A stretch of 63,776 bases of DNA, filler included, from an uncultured bacterium (GTDB taxonomy: Bacteria; Latescibacterota; UBA2968): the NCBI GenBank assembly GCA_964471275.1. It is 4 parts of 4 records of this genome, joined end to end, with 100 filler letters (N's around TTAATTAATTAA, not from the genome) between each part and the next. Parts side by side here need not be neighbours in the genome. Positions count along the whole stretch, not along the records: positions 1 to 17,769 come from CAYYGZ010000076.1; 3 more parts are not named here. One strand, written 5' to 3'. The position numbers and the translations under genes were made by a program. The first letter of the stretch is position 1; each line of letters starts with the position of its first letter. The notes below the pieces were generated by a model that saw only the letters and a program-made list of their open reading frames with translations, was not told where the DNA came from and ran no database searches. Shown in pieces: positions 1 through 11,200 of the stretch.

Positions 1-378
1 GATCCGGAATTGCACGATCAGCTCGACGTCGACGATGTTTTCGTCACCGGTGAGCATCACAGATTCGCGCAGCACCTTCTGGTAGCGAGGCGCCGGGTCA
101 AGACTGATCGTCCGAAAGCCGATCTCAATCCGCTTGACCTGTGTGACCTTCTCCTTCTCGATCGACTCGAACGGACGTGGAAGGTGATAGTGGATCCCTG
201 AGTCAGAGATCTGGACGGCCTTTCCGAACCTGAGGACAACAGCCTGCTCCTCCGGATTCACGATGTAGATACCGCTTGCCAACCACAGAAGCACCAGAGC
301 GGCCAGCCCATACACCACCAGTTTCGGGCTGACATTGATGTCCAAGTTTGGCTTGTTAGGAAAATTATACTGTTGCAT
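1..378 (-). CDS. hflK: FtsH protease modulator HflK (SPFH family), runs off window at 3' end
   Basis: Manual translation MQQYNFPNKP...LVLLWLASGIYIVNPEEQAVVLRFGK...GIHYHLPRPFE...RIEIGFRT...MLTGDENIVDVELIVQFRI; N-terminal TM and the HflK motif MLTGDENIVDV. Not in the ORF track. Confidence 0.9.
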   Translation of the reverse strand, partial: MQQYNFPNKPNLDINVSPKLVVYGLAALVLLWLASGIYIVNPEEQAVVLRFGKAVQISDSGIHYHLPRPFESIEKEKVTQVKRIEIGFRTISLDPAPRYQKVLRESVMLTGDENIVDVELIVQFRI

Positions 379-387
379 GGCTGATCC

Positions 388-1332
388 TCAACTTACAGAT
401 CGAATCTCGAGTTCCTCGCCGAAGCGCCGGACACCCTCGATGCCGCGAAGCGTCACGTTGACGCCCGCCAGAACATTTGCAAAACGGCTCGCCTCGACCG
501 GATCCTGCGTGTCGAGATACGAGGTCATAAAGCCCATAAGAAAAACGTCGCCGCAACCCGTCTCGTCCTGGGGTTCGCCCGATGGCTGCGACGGAGAGTG
601 ATGAAGAACGATGCGAGCGCCGTCGTGATAAATTGCATCAGACCCGTGCTCGTTCCGTGTGACCAGAACAACCGAAGATCCGTTCGCCAGAAGCTGTTCA
701 CCAAAGGCGACGGTCTTATCCGTCGTATCGAGCGCTTCCCCAGCAAGCAGGGCGGCCTCGTCCTCGTTCATCTGAATCACGTCCGTGCAAGCAATCCAGT
801 CCTCCCACCGTGGGGGAACGCGCCAGAATCGCCGCCTCTGGTCATCCATACCCAGCGTAAGGCTGTGGATGTCCATAAAGATGGGCGATTCTGTCTGCCG
901 TCGAACTTGCTGCAGCGTCTCGAGATCGAGCTCCATACCCGTGATAAAGTTGACGACGAGCGCGTCTGAATCAAGAAAGGGCTCGAGTTGCGAGAAGTTC
1001 AGCTTTGGAACACCCCCCAACAACGTCTCCTGCTTGTACCCCTCCTCGTCATACACCATAAAACAGTGCGTATTCTTCTCTGGCACAAACGATACGCCAT
1101 CGAACTGCACGTTGTCACACGGACTGAGATAGCCTGTTACGGCCTCACGCACGTCCTCGCCGATATTCACGACAGGGCAGATCCGTGCAGTCTCCTTTAC
1201 GATGGCTGACAGAGGCAGCAAGCTGTACAGAATGCCACCATAGCTCTCGGTCTCGACACCATCGGGCGTCCTGATCGTATCTCGGTTGATCGTCCCGAGA
1301 AGAGCTATTTTGCGACCCGCTTGTACCCCCAC
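388..1332 (-). CDS. PfkB/ribokinase-family carbohydrate kinase
   Basis: C-terminal DETGCGDVF (DTxGAGD) motif, NEDEA motif, N-terminal GTINRD...GG; start placed at GTG 1332 after GGAGGG (ORF track extends to 1398). Confidence 0.85.
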   Translation of the reverse strand: MGVQAGRKIALLGTINRDTIRTPDGVETESYGGILYSLLPLSAIVKETARICPVVNIGEDVREAVTGYLSPCDNVQFDGVSFVPEKNTHCFMVYDEEGYKQETLLGGVPKLNFSQLEPFLDSDALVVNFITGMELDLETLQQVRRQTESPIFMDIHSLTLGMDDQRRRFWRVPPRWEDWIACTDVIQMNEDEAALLAGEALDTTDKTVAFGEQLLANGSSVVLVTRNEHGSDAIYHDGARIVLHHSPSQPSGEPQDETGCGDVFLMGFMTSYLDTQDPVEASRFANVLAGVNVTLRGIEGVRRFGEELEIRSVS

Positions 1333-1437
1333 AGATCCCTCCAGAAGAAGATCACGTCGACGGCCGGCCAATCTACCACAATCGCCGAAGCAAGTCAACG
1401 CGGCCCCGGTGTAGGGGGATTTGCCAGAAGTCAGGTT

Positions 1438-3510
1438 CTAGCCGGCTTCAGCGATAAGTAGGCCGGAATCCGCCAGGATGGCGATCCGTTCACGTAGCCA
1501 GCGGTACCCGTCAAGCTCAGGATCGCGTCCGATGATCCCATCTCCGGCCTCTCGAGCCTTCTCGATAAGATCTCGGTCCCGTGTCAGATCCGCATACCGG
1601 AATTCCGGCAGCCCCGCCTGTTTGGTCCCGAACATCTGGCCGGCTCCCCTGATCTCCAGATCAAGCTCCGAGATCCTGAACCCATCGTTCGTCTCACACA
1701 TCGCGCGCAGGCGAGAATCCGCTTCTTCCGTCATCGCGGTCTCCGGATCCGCGACCAGGATACAGAATGAGGCAGCAGCGCCGCGACCAACCCGTCCGCG
1801 CAGCTGGTGGAGCTGCGAGAGGCCAAACCGCTCTGCGTGCTCGATCATCATCACCGTCGCGTTTGGAACGTCAACACCGACCTCGATAACCGTGGTAGAT
1901 ACCAACACGCTAATCTCGCCCGCCCGGAAATTCGCCATCACGGTTGATTTGTCCTGCGGCTTCATCGATCCATAGATCAGTCCCACACCGATGCCCGAGA
2001 GTGGCCCTTCACGCAATTCCTCAAACGCTTCCTTAGCGGACCGAACCTGCTTCGCTTTGCCCCCTTCGACCACCGGATACACCACATAAGCCTGACACCC
2101 CCGGGTGACCTCCTCTCTGATGAACGAGAGGGCCTTTTCGCGATCACCACCATACCGGAGTCCGGTTTTGATCGGTTGCCGACCGGATGGCAATTCGTCG
2201 ATCGTCGAGACCTCCAGGTGACCATACAGCGTAAGGGCCAGTGAGCGGGGAATCGGGGTCGCTGTCATCACAAGCAGATGGGCGTCTTCTCCCTTCTCCC
2301 GGAGCTTCATCCGCTGTGTGACCCCAAACCGGTGCTGCTCGTCCACGACCACCAGCCCAAGTCGCTTGAAGACCACGTCCTCCTCAAGCAGCGCGTGCGT
2401 ACCGATGACGATGTGCGTCTGACCTGAAGCTGCGAGCGCCGCAGCCGCCTGCCGATCAGCCTTCTTCAACCGTCCCGTCAGCAAACCTGCACGCAGACCG
2501 AGCGGTTCAACCAGACGCTGAATCGTCATTGCGTGTTGCTCGGCGAGAACCTCGGTCGGAACCATCAAAGCCACCTGACCGCCGGCGTCGATAACCGACA
2601 ATCCCGCCATCAGGGCTACCAATGTCTTTCCGGATCCCACATCGCCCTGTAGCAACCTGTGGAGGGCCCGACCTGATGCCATCTCCTCCCGGATCTCGGC
2701 AAGTGCCCGCTGCTGGGCGCCTGTTAATGTGAATGGCAGAATACGCTCCAATCGTTCCGAGAGTCGTCCGGTATCCTCGACCGGCATCGCGGCCCCTCTC
2801 GGACGTTGGGTCACCCCCCACACACGCACGGTCAACAGCTCGTCGAAGGCGAGTCTGCGACGCCCGGATTCCACATCCTCGAGGGACTCCGGAAAGTGAA
2901 CGGATGCGTAGGCCTCGCTCAGCGACGCCAGACCGAAGCGTGAACCAGGGCCGAGCGGATCATCGATCTCGAGTTCGTCCAAAGCGCCGCGTATCAGCCG
3001 TCGTAACGTCCGGGCCGTCAGATACGACGCCTTCATCTTGGCCGTCGTCCGGTAGAGAGGCACGATACCGCCGGTATGAATCCGCGTGTCCTCATCATCC
3101 GGTCCGGAGAGCACCTCTACCTCGGGATGAACGACCTGTCTCTGTCCCCGAAAGGCCGTCACCTTCCCGCCGATCGACACCCAGTCACCGATCTGGAAAG
3201 CATCTCTCACATACTTGTAGCCGGCAAACCACACACAATCCAGGGTCGCGCTTCCGTCCCTGACTGTCGCGACGAAACGGGGACGTCTGCCCGGGATGAA
3301 CCGCGATCCCGAGACTTCACCGACCGCCGTCACCTCACGGTCAAGCGGGAGATCGCCAATCAGTGTCTCCGTCGATCGATCGATATACCGGTAAGGAAGA
3401 AACCCGAGCAAATCCGCGATGGTATGGATGCCGACCTGCTTGAGCACCTCGGATCTTCGATCCCCGATGCCGTGTACGCGTTTCACGCCGAGCGTGTAGA
3501 TGTTTGGCAC
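1438..3510 (-). CDS. recG: ATP-dependent DNA helicase RecG
   Basis: Wedge domain, LLQGDVGSGKT, DEQHRFGV, MTATPIPRSL, QLRGRVGRG, DGFRISELDLEIRG. Confidence 0.97.
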   Translation of the reverse strand: MPNIYTLGVKRVHGIGDRRSEVLKQVGIHTIADLLGFLPYRYIDRSTETLIGDLPLDREVTAVGEVSGSRFIPGRRPRFVATVRDGSATLDCVWFAGYKYVRDAFQIGDWVSIGGKVTAFRGQRQVVHPEVEVLSGPDDEDTRIHTGGIVPLYRTTAKMKASYLTARTLRRLIRGALDELEIDDPLGPGSRFGLASLSEAYASVHFPESLEDVESGRRRLAFDELLTVRVWGVTQRPRGAAMPVEDTGRLSERLERILPFTLTGAQQRALAEIREEMASGRALHRLLQGDVGSGKTLVALMAGLSVIDAGGQVALMVPTEVLAEQHAMTIQRLVEPLGLRAGLLTGRLKKADRQAAAALAASGQTHIVIGTHALLEEDVVFKRLGLVVVDEQHRFGVTQRMKLREKGEDAHLLVMTATPIPRSLALTLYGHLEVSTIDELPSGRQPIKTGLRYGGDREKALSFIREEVTRGCQAYVVYPVVEGGKAKQVRSAKEAFEELREGPLSGIGVGLIYGSMKPQDKSTVMANFRAGEISVLVSTTVIEVGVDVPNATVMMIEHAERFGLSQLHQLRGRVGRGAAASFCILVADPETAMTEEADSRLRAMCETNDGFRISELDLEIRGAGQMFGTKQAGLPEFRYADLTRDRDLIEKAREAGDGIIGRDPELDGYRWLRERIAILADSGLLIAEAG

Positions 3511-3663
3511 GAGCTATTCACCCAGTTCTAGCGCCCGACAGAGCCCTCCCATCTTGACCCTACCCGGACGTAACCGTATATTCGCAAAGCCTTTGTAGCC
3601 TTCCTGGACCGACTGCGCCTGTCCCTCGCAGGCATCGATCCATCACGTCCCCCGAAGTGAGCC

Positions 3664-5616
3664 ATGCGGATCCCAAGCATCAGAAATCTTCTCTGCATCG
3701 CCGTGATCACAGGATGCCTGACGGACGGATCCATAGCTCAGGAAACGCCTGTCACGTTCAGCCAGCCGGCGGAATCGCTATTCCAGCGATCGCTTGCCCG
3801 GTACATACAGGCCAACTACATCGCCGCCCGTGACAGCTTCGCCGAGTTGATCGAGGAACATCCGGAAAATCAGCGGACGTCGGCTTCCCAGCTGATGCTC
3901 GGCAAGAGCCACTACAAGCTCAGAGAATATAACCTTGCGTTGGCTGCCGCAATCGAACTCTACGAAACCTTCCCTTACAGTCGATACCTTCCCGAAGCGG
4001 ACTTGCTGATCGGCGACTGCTACTTTCACCAGGGCCAGACATACAGCGCGGCGACGCAGTATGTACGTGTCCTGACGACCAAGACCGGCATCCAGCTCAA
4101 GGCTTGTGCAGCGGATCGGCTTGGCCAGATGGCGGGAGCGGGCAAGCTGACCGACAGGGATGTCGCCCGTTTGCAGACAGATTTCGGTCGCGCGATAGTC
4201 GATGAGGCTGTCGCCTTCGGACAGGCGCGTTGGCCGGAGCGGCTCGGAAGACCGGATGAAGCGGACAAACCGCTTTCAATGTTCCTCGAACGGTTCCCGA
4301 ACGGATACCTCGAGTCCCTCGTCCGCAGACGCCTGCTGGCCAAGTCGCGCACACGCGAACCGTCCGAGGCGGAACAGCCCGTGGCAGAACAGCCCGTGGA
4401 GGCGGATCCGGCAAAGGCTACCTACCAGATCGGCATCGTGGCCCCCCTCCAGACACCGTCGGGCAAAAGTCTTCGAGATGGGATTCTTCTAGCTCGAGAA
4501 CGGTTCCCTCTCCCCAACGGAGAGACCATTGGTCTGATTTTCGAGGACTCCGAAGGCAGTCCCATCCGCGCTGTAAAGGCAGCTGAACGCATCATCGGGC
4601 AATACAACGTGCTTGCCATCATCGGGGCGCTCCGCAGCGAGGAAACACTGCCGCTCGCAGCACATCTCAGTCCACAGAAGATCCCGTTGATCGCGCCCAC
4701 GGCGTCGGAAGACGAGATCGCATCGCTTCCCTTTATCTTCCAGATGAACGCAACACCCGGCTCCCAGGGCAGACGAATCGCCGACTATTCGGTCCGCGAA
4801 CTCGGGCTACGGACATTGGCGACCCTCTCATCCAGGGACAAGTATGGTGACCGGCTGGCAAGAGAGTTCACGGCTCGTGCAGAGGAGCTCGGTAGTGAGG
4901 TCCTCGTCCAGGAGTGGTATGAACCGGGGGCAACCGACTACCGGGGACAGTTCAATCGAATCCGAGATGCCGGTCTCGCGCTCGAGATGCCCGACCTCCT
5001 GGGAACAGAGATCGACTCCCTGATCCGGGACGGGATTCACGTCGAACCCCCGCCACCGGTTCCAGTTGATCCCGACACCGTCAAACCGGAACCGGTCGAA
5101 ACGCTCGACGGACTATTGGTCGGTGCGTCAACCTATGAAGATGTCCTGTTGATCACTCCCCAGGTCGCATCCTCGCTGATCAACGCGCAGCTACTGGGAA
5201 GCGACGGATGGAATTACCCCGAGGTCGTCCAGGACGGTGGGAGCTACGTGAACAACGCGATCTTCGTCGCCAAGTATAATGAGCGAAGCGATCTGGATTC
5301 GGTTCAGGAGTTCGTGAACCTGTATCGGGGTCGATTCGGGCGAGACCAGGACATTGCATCTGCCCTGGGTCACGACGCAATGATCGCCGTTCTCGAAGCC
5401 ATTGCGGCCGGGGGAACAGACCGGATCTCGCTGCAGGAAAGACTCCAAACGCTGACTGACATTCCTGGAGCAACCGGTCGGATCACCTTCCGACCCGGCG
5501 ACCGTGAGAACGCGTGGATGTATCTGCTCTCGATCCGTAGAGGGCGAATACAAACACTCAGTTTCGATGAAGCTCCCGAAGATCAAGACCTCGAGCAGGA
5601 CCCCACCGCACCTTAG
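3664..5616 (+). CDS. Secreted protein: N-terminal BamD/CpoB-like TPRs plus C-terminal type I periplasmic-binding (LpoA/Leu-binding-like) domain
   Basis: Signal peptide; TPR pattern (A...F..LIEEHP...ASQLMLGKSHY...YPYSRYLPEADLLIGDCYF); IGIVAPL...EDSEGSP...AIIGAL, GSDGW, GATGRITF. Confidence 0.75.
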   Translation: MRIPSIRNLLCIAVITGCLTDGSIAQETPVTFSQPAESLFQRSLARYIQANYIAARDSFAELIEEHPENQRTSASQLMLGKSHYKLREYNLALAAAIELYETFPYSRYLPEADLLIGDCYFHQGQTYSAATQYVRVLTTKTGIQLKACAADRLGQMAGAGKLTDRDVARLQTDFGRAIVDEAVAFGQARWPERLGRPDEADKPLSMFLERFPNGYLESLVRRRLLAKSRTREPSEAEQPVAEQPVEADPAKATYQIGIVAPLQTPSGKSLRDGILLARERFPLPNGETIGLIFEDSEGSPIRAVKAAERIIGQYNVLAIIGALRSEETLPLAAHLSPQKIPLIAPTASEDEIASLPFIFQMNATPGSQGRRIADYSVRELGLRTLATLSSRDKYGDRLAREFTARAEELGSEVLVQEWYEPGATDYRGQFNRIRDAGLALEMPDLLGTEIDSLIRDGIHVEPPPPVPVDPDTVKPEPVETLDGLLVGASTYEDVLLITPQVASSLINAQLLGSDGWNYPEVVQDGGSYVNNAIFVAKYNERSDLDSVQEFVNLYRGRFGRDQDIASALGHDAMIAVLEAIAAGGTDRISLQERLQTLTDIPGATGRITFRPGDRENAWMYLLSIRRGRIQTLSFDEAPEDQDLEQDPTAP

Positions 5617-5681
5617 CACATCGGCCCCGCCCGGCTCGGTACAGCGTTCGCACAGCAGAAGCGCGATGCAATCGTCGAAGG

Positions 5682-6910
5682 ATGCTGAAACGTCCTTCAC
5701 ACGCGTGTTCGCCATTCCGGCCAGGTTTCGCTGTGTGGAACCAAACGTCAATCCGGCTTTCAACTCGGATCCTTCTCTTCATACCCCTCCCCGGCACGGC
5801 CCTGATGGAAAATCTCGAGGGCGAGCTACTCAACGTAAACACGGCTACTGCTGGCCAACTTGCGGGCTTTCCTCACATCGGGCCAACCGGTGCCCGGGGT
5901 ATCCTTGCCTACAGACGATCTCACCCGATCTCCGGCATCACGGCTCTGGCCTCTCTGCTTGCCTGGGGGGACACGCGTGCGGACCTGTTGTGGCCCTACC
6001 TGCGGTTTGACTACGAAAAGCCAGACCGGTTCTCCGGTCAGCTTCAGACCCGATTGACCTCGATTCGCCTTCTTTCGGACGATACGCGGTTCCTTGTCCG
6101 CAGGACCCTTTCCTCGGACCGACTCGGAGCGGCCTTCGTCATAGAACGCCACCCGGGCGAGGCCAACCCGCTGGATTTTGTCACCGGCCACCTGGAATAC
6201 CGTCTGTCTCGTGCATTGACGATTTATGTCGGTGACGACAGACGAAAACGGTGCGCTCCGTGGAATCGCGATCAGGGCAGCTTCCGCGTGGGCAAACCTG
6301 ACCGGGATCTACGCGCGATCATCGAGGGATGCGAACATCCTGAACGGTCACGCAGTCCTGCGGTCGGGGGGTGACCACAGCAGCAAGGCCCGATCACGTC
6401 GGAATGGATCTCCTGAAGGAAGACACGCTGGTCCTCAGCGCCACGTTCCGCTCCCGTCAAAGGTCATTTGGCCTGACAGTCTCCAGATCTCGGTTCGACC
6501 ACGCCCTGGACTTTCGGGGGGCAAGTGGACACCTGCACGATCACTTTGCCATCGACGGTTCGGTTCCAGCGAAGATCGAGGCGTTTTCGGCTGGCTGCCT
6601 GGGGAGAACGGGTCATCGGGCGCGACCGGGATCCGGGGAGGGCTCTGGCGGTCGGTGGCGAGGCTCAGGTAACTCGGGGGCCGCTGTGCGGCGTCTTCTG
6701 GCTGGCCTACAGCCGGAGGTCCGGCTCAGGTGCCCGGATCTATGCGTTCCGGCCGGAGGCTTGAGGTAGCAGAAGCGTCCTCTCTCCCCCCAACAGCGGC
6801 ACGGCCGTTTCCTGCAAACTCTCTCTCCCTTGCACGGCTTCAGACGACGCTGGTCTACCACCCGTTTCCGGCTCGCAGGATCGCCCTCCAACTGGCCCTC
6901 TCGCACTAGA
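5682..6910 (+). pseudogene. Degraded ComEA-like helix-hairpin-helix protein gene
   Basis: LNVNTATAGQLAGFPHIGPTGARGILAYR HhH motif; later segments (ERHPGE..LDFVTGHL, TDENGALRG, RSGGDH) fall in different frames with an apparent internal deletion; boundaries approximate. Confidence 0.65.
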
Positions 6911-7004
6911 TAGATCTTGCTGGGTATAGCCGTCGTGTCTACATTTAGCGACCCCCGCATCGCGATCTTTACCCGGAGTATCTCCCCGCCAAAATCGGAG
7001 CCCC

Positions 7005-8246
7005 ATGGCGGTCACTTTCCTGCACATTGCCGACACCCACATCGGCGTAGAGACCTACGGCCGGCTCGACCCGGCAACCGGTCTCAATACACGTGTGCTT
7101 GACTTCACAGCCTGTCTGGAATACGCCTTCGACGAGGCGATCGAAAGACAGGTCGATTTCGTCGTGTTCTCCGGTGATGCCTACAAGGCGTGCGACCCAT
7201 CGGCCACGCATCAGCGTCAGCTGGCAATCTGTGTACATCGTCTCTCTTCGGCCGGCATCCCGCTTGTCATCGTCATCGGTAACCACGACGCTCCCGTCGC
7301 TTTCGGCAAGGCAAACTCGGTCGACATCTTCCGCACGCTCGGTACGAAGGGCGTTCACGTTGCGGATTCAGATTGCATTATCGATCTGGATACCCGCTCC
7401 GGGCCGGTTCAGGTCGCCTGCCTGCCCTGGCTACATCGCAGCCACCTGCTCGCGATGGAAGATCACAAAAACCTGATCGAATCGGACCTTCTCCAGCACC
7501 TCCAGCAGCTTGGTGCCCGGATCGTGGATGGGCTTTCTGCCCGAGTCGACACACGCTACCCCGTTGTCCTCGCAGCACACGTAGCTGTAGCCGACGCCCT
7601 TCTCTCTGGCTCGGAGCAGACGGCCGTGATCGGTCGCGACCCCATATTCCTGACCTCGACACTCGCCCGGCCTGCTTTCGATTACGTTGCTCTGGGTCAC
7701 ATCCACAGACACCAGGACATGAACGCCGGAGCCACGCCTCCTGTCGTCTATTCGGGCAGCATCGATCGTATAGATTTCGGCGAGGAGGAAGAGGCAAAGG
7801 GATGCTGCTTCGTCACCATCGACCAGTCCGGACCGGGTACGGCGAAGTCGACGTCCTATGAGTTCTTCCCCACGCCTGCCCGTTCTTTCCGAACAATTCG
7901 CGTTGACGTCACCAACAACGGCGACCCGACACTGGCGATCCTGAACGAACTGAGCAGACACGACCTTCGGGATCGTATTCTGCGGATCATCTACCGGTCC
8001 GACTCCGGCCCGGTACAACTCGACTACCCGAGCCTTCGAGAGGCCACCCGAGAAGCCACGCTCGTTTCGGGGATCTTCCCAGACACCGACCGGGCCGTAA
8101 AGCAACGTCGCTCGACCGTAACGCAGAACATGGCGATGTCCAGGATACTCGAAGCCTACATAGACAACACGACGGGGCTCGCACCTCTCAAGGAGGACAT
8201 GATCGCCGGTGCACACGCTCTCGAGGCAGAGGAGGCAAGCGAATGA
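7005..8246 (+). CDS. sbcD: Exonuclease SbcCD subunit D (Mre11-like)
   Basis: HIADTHIG, SGDAY, GNHD, ALGHIH, YSGSIDRIDFGEEEEAKG; ATGA overlap with sbcC. Confidence 0.93.
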   Translation: MAVTFLHIADTHIGVETYGRLDPATGLNTRVLDFTACLEYAFDEAIERQVDFVVFSGDAYKACDPSATHQRQLAICVHRLSSAGIPLVIVIGNHDAPVAFGKANSVDIFRTLGTKGVHVADSDCIIDLDTRSGPVQVACLPWLHRSHLLAMEDHKNLIESDLLQHLQQLGARIVDGLSARVDTRYPVVLAAHVAVADALLSGSEQTAVIGRDPIFLTSTLARPAFDYVALGHIHRHQDMNAGATPPVVYSGSIDRIDFGEEEEAKGCCFVTIDQSGPGTAKSTSYEFFPTPARSFRTIRVDVTNNGDPTLAILNELSRHDLRDRILRIIYRSDSGPVQLDYPSLREATREATLVSGIFPDTDRAVKQRRSTVTQNMAMSRILEAYIDNTTGLAPLKEDMIAGAHALEAEEASE

Positions 8247-11200
8247 TCCCAGTCTCCCTGACACTCAGGAATTTCCTGAGCTACGGTGAGGATGCACCCA
8301 CCCTCGACTTCTCGCAGTTTCAGATTGCCTGTGTCACGGGCCGGAACGGACACGGCAAGTCGGCCCTTTTCGACGCGATCACGTGGGCTCTGTGGGGAGA
8401 GGCTCGCAAAGCGAGTTCCGACCGGAAGCCCGACGAGGGCCTGCTCCGGATCGGTAGTACCGATCTCCGTGTAGAATTCGTATTCGACCTCGACAGGCAA
8501 CGCTTCCGCGTCGCCAGATCATTCAGGAAGACGTCACGCTCGGGATCCAGTCGGCTCGAACTGCAAGTTCTGGACGAAGCGACAAATCGGTACCGTGCCC
8601 TGTCTGAGTCCGGATCGATCCGAAAGACCCAGGCCCGGCTGAATAAGCTTGTCCGGATGGGCTACGACACCTTCGTCAACTCGGCCTTCATCCTACAGGG
8701 CCGTGTTGACGAATTCACACGTCGCTCGCCAACAGATCGCAAAGCGATTCTTGCGGATATTCTTGAACTGTCTCGGTATGACTCACTCGCTGCGCGTGCC
8801 CGCGATCACGCCCGTCGCGCCGAGACAGAAGTCATCAGAGGACAGGATCGGATCACTCAAATCAGCGAAGCAGCCGTCAGGCAGGTTGGCTTGAGAAAGC
8901 AGTTGATCGAATCACGTCAGGCACTGGTAATCGCCGAATGTGCGAGTGCAGAATCACAGAAGAACCACGATGCGTGCAGTCGGCAGATCGCGAAGGTAGA
9001 GGCCCAGGAGGCTCAGAAGACGGCAGTCCTGGCAGAACGGGATGGTTTGCTTCTCCGACATAGCAAACTGATAAGTGAGCTCGAATCTGCCGAGCGAGCG
9101 GCTGACTTCTTTCGGGAAGCTGTCGCCGCGAAGGATCGTATTCTCGCCGACGTAGAGACTCTGAGTCGGCTACGCAAGACTGAAGAGTCACTCCGCTCAG
9201 CACAGTCGGCCACACAGGACATGCAGCTCAGCCGGACACGCCTCAACGCTGAGCTCGAAGCCGCCCGGTTGAAGGTCGAGACACGTCAGCAGCATTGGTC
9301 TGGCATCGTAACAGATCTGAGAGCACAAATCGAACAGGGCGAGAAGGCTCTGTCCCGTCGCCCCGAGGTTCGTGAAACACTCAAGAAGCTGGTTGATCTT
9401 CGCAGACAGGATACCGAGCTGATCGCGCTCCGAGACCAGCGCGACCGGATCGAAAAGAGGCGGCGGGTACTCGAGACCGATTTCAATGCGCGTAGAAGCG
9501 AGATCCAGGTAGATATCGAAACCTGCCGGGCGAAGCGTCGGGATCTCCAGATGCTGTTGGACAGGCGTACGGGACTCGAGCAGGCATTCAACGATGCACG
9601 TCAACATCTGGCCACGTTTCAGGCTTTAAACGACGAGATGGAACGGGTCAAGCGAGAGGGTACGGAATCTCAACAGTCCGAAGAGCGACTGAAGGAACGG
9701 ATCGAGGGTCTTGGCCGGCGCAGACAGCAACTGGTCGCGCAGACCGAACAGCTAAGGGACCACGACGACCCTGACTGCCCGCTCTGTGGGTCCAACCTCG
9801 ACAAGAACCATCGTGCCGAGGTCCTGGATGAGCTCGCCCGGGAGATCGAGAACCTGAGCTGGGAACACGATGCCGCAACGGGGAGCCTGGCAGATGCCAG
9901 AAACCGAACAGATGCGTGCAGAAGTGCCTACCAGAAACTGCGAGATCAGGTCCACCCACTTGGGGATGCGCCACGGACATTCGCACAAGCCGAGACGGAA
10001 TTGTCCCAGGTTAGCGGAGTCGACGGAGATCTGGCGAGACTCGTCGGGAGGATCCAGTCGCTTGAGGACCGGGCAAAGACTTTTGAGTCCATCAGCGATA
10101 CCGCCATCGAGCTAAGGGAAGTCAGAACCCAGATCAGCGGATTCGCGGAGCAAACCAGCCACCACGAGAAGATACGGGATCGACTGGAGAAGCTGTCACC
10201 GGCGGAACTCGAAGGCGCAAGGCTGGATGAGATTCAGACACGCGTCGAAGCTGCCAGGAAACAGTTGCCTGAGGCCCTCAAGAAGAGCGAAACCGCGACA
10301 GAGTGGCTTGATGCCAAGCGATACGCCCCGGAGATTCAAACTGAGCTAATCGAGATCACTGACGCCATCTCCAAGATCGGTTATGACTCACGAGCACACA
10401 AGCAAACACGCGAGCAGATCGAGAGTCTACAGAACACCGAGCAGGCGTTGGTAGAGCTTCACAAGGCTGAACGGGAGCTGGCGGTTGTGCGCACACGGAT
10501 CGAGGCGACGACGGCCAGACGCAGCGAAATCGAAAGTGACCTTAAGGGCTGTGAAGCGTTACTTCTGAAACTGAAGGATATCGACCAGGACCGAGCCGAC
10601 CTCGAGGATCAGCTGGCCAGGTTGACTGCCCAGCTGAAGAGTCAGCGGACCGCTCGCGACGCGGCATTGCGGGAAGTGGCGGCGATCGAGCGCGATGATG
10701 GAGCCTGTCAGGCCCTGATCGAGCAGAAACAGAAGACAGCAACGGAGCTCGCCAATCACGAAAGGGAGGCCACGATCCATCGAGAACTCGTCAGAGCTTT
10801 CGGCCGCGACGGCATCCAGGCACTCCTGATCGATCAGGCCATTCCCGAGCTGCAAGACGAGGCAAACAGAATCCTCTCGCGACTGACCGCGAACGGTACG
10901 CAGGTCACGCTGGAGTCTCTGGGCGAGCTCAAGGGCGGAGGCACCAAGGAAACGCTGGACATCCGGATCAGCGATGAACTGGGCGAACGCCGGTATGAGC
11001 TCTATTCAGGTGGCGAGGCGTTCCGTGTGGATTTCGCGATACGTATCGCACTCTCAAAACTGCTGGCACACCGGGCGGGCACGCCTCTTCAGACCCTGGT
11101 GATCGACGAGGGGTTCGGAACCCAGGACGAACAGGGCCTGTCGCACCTGATCGAAGCGATTCAGATGATCAGCGACGAATTCGAGAAAGTGCTCGTTATC

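Noticed and set aside
4369..4398. Short direct repeat encoding AEQPV-AEQPV
   Set aside because: Ordinary linker duplication inside a CDS
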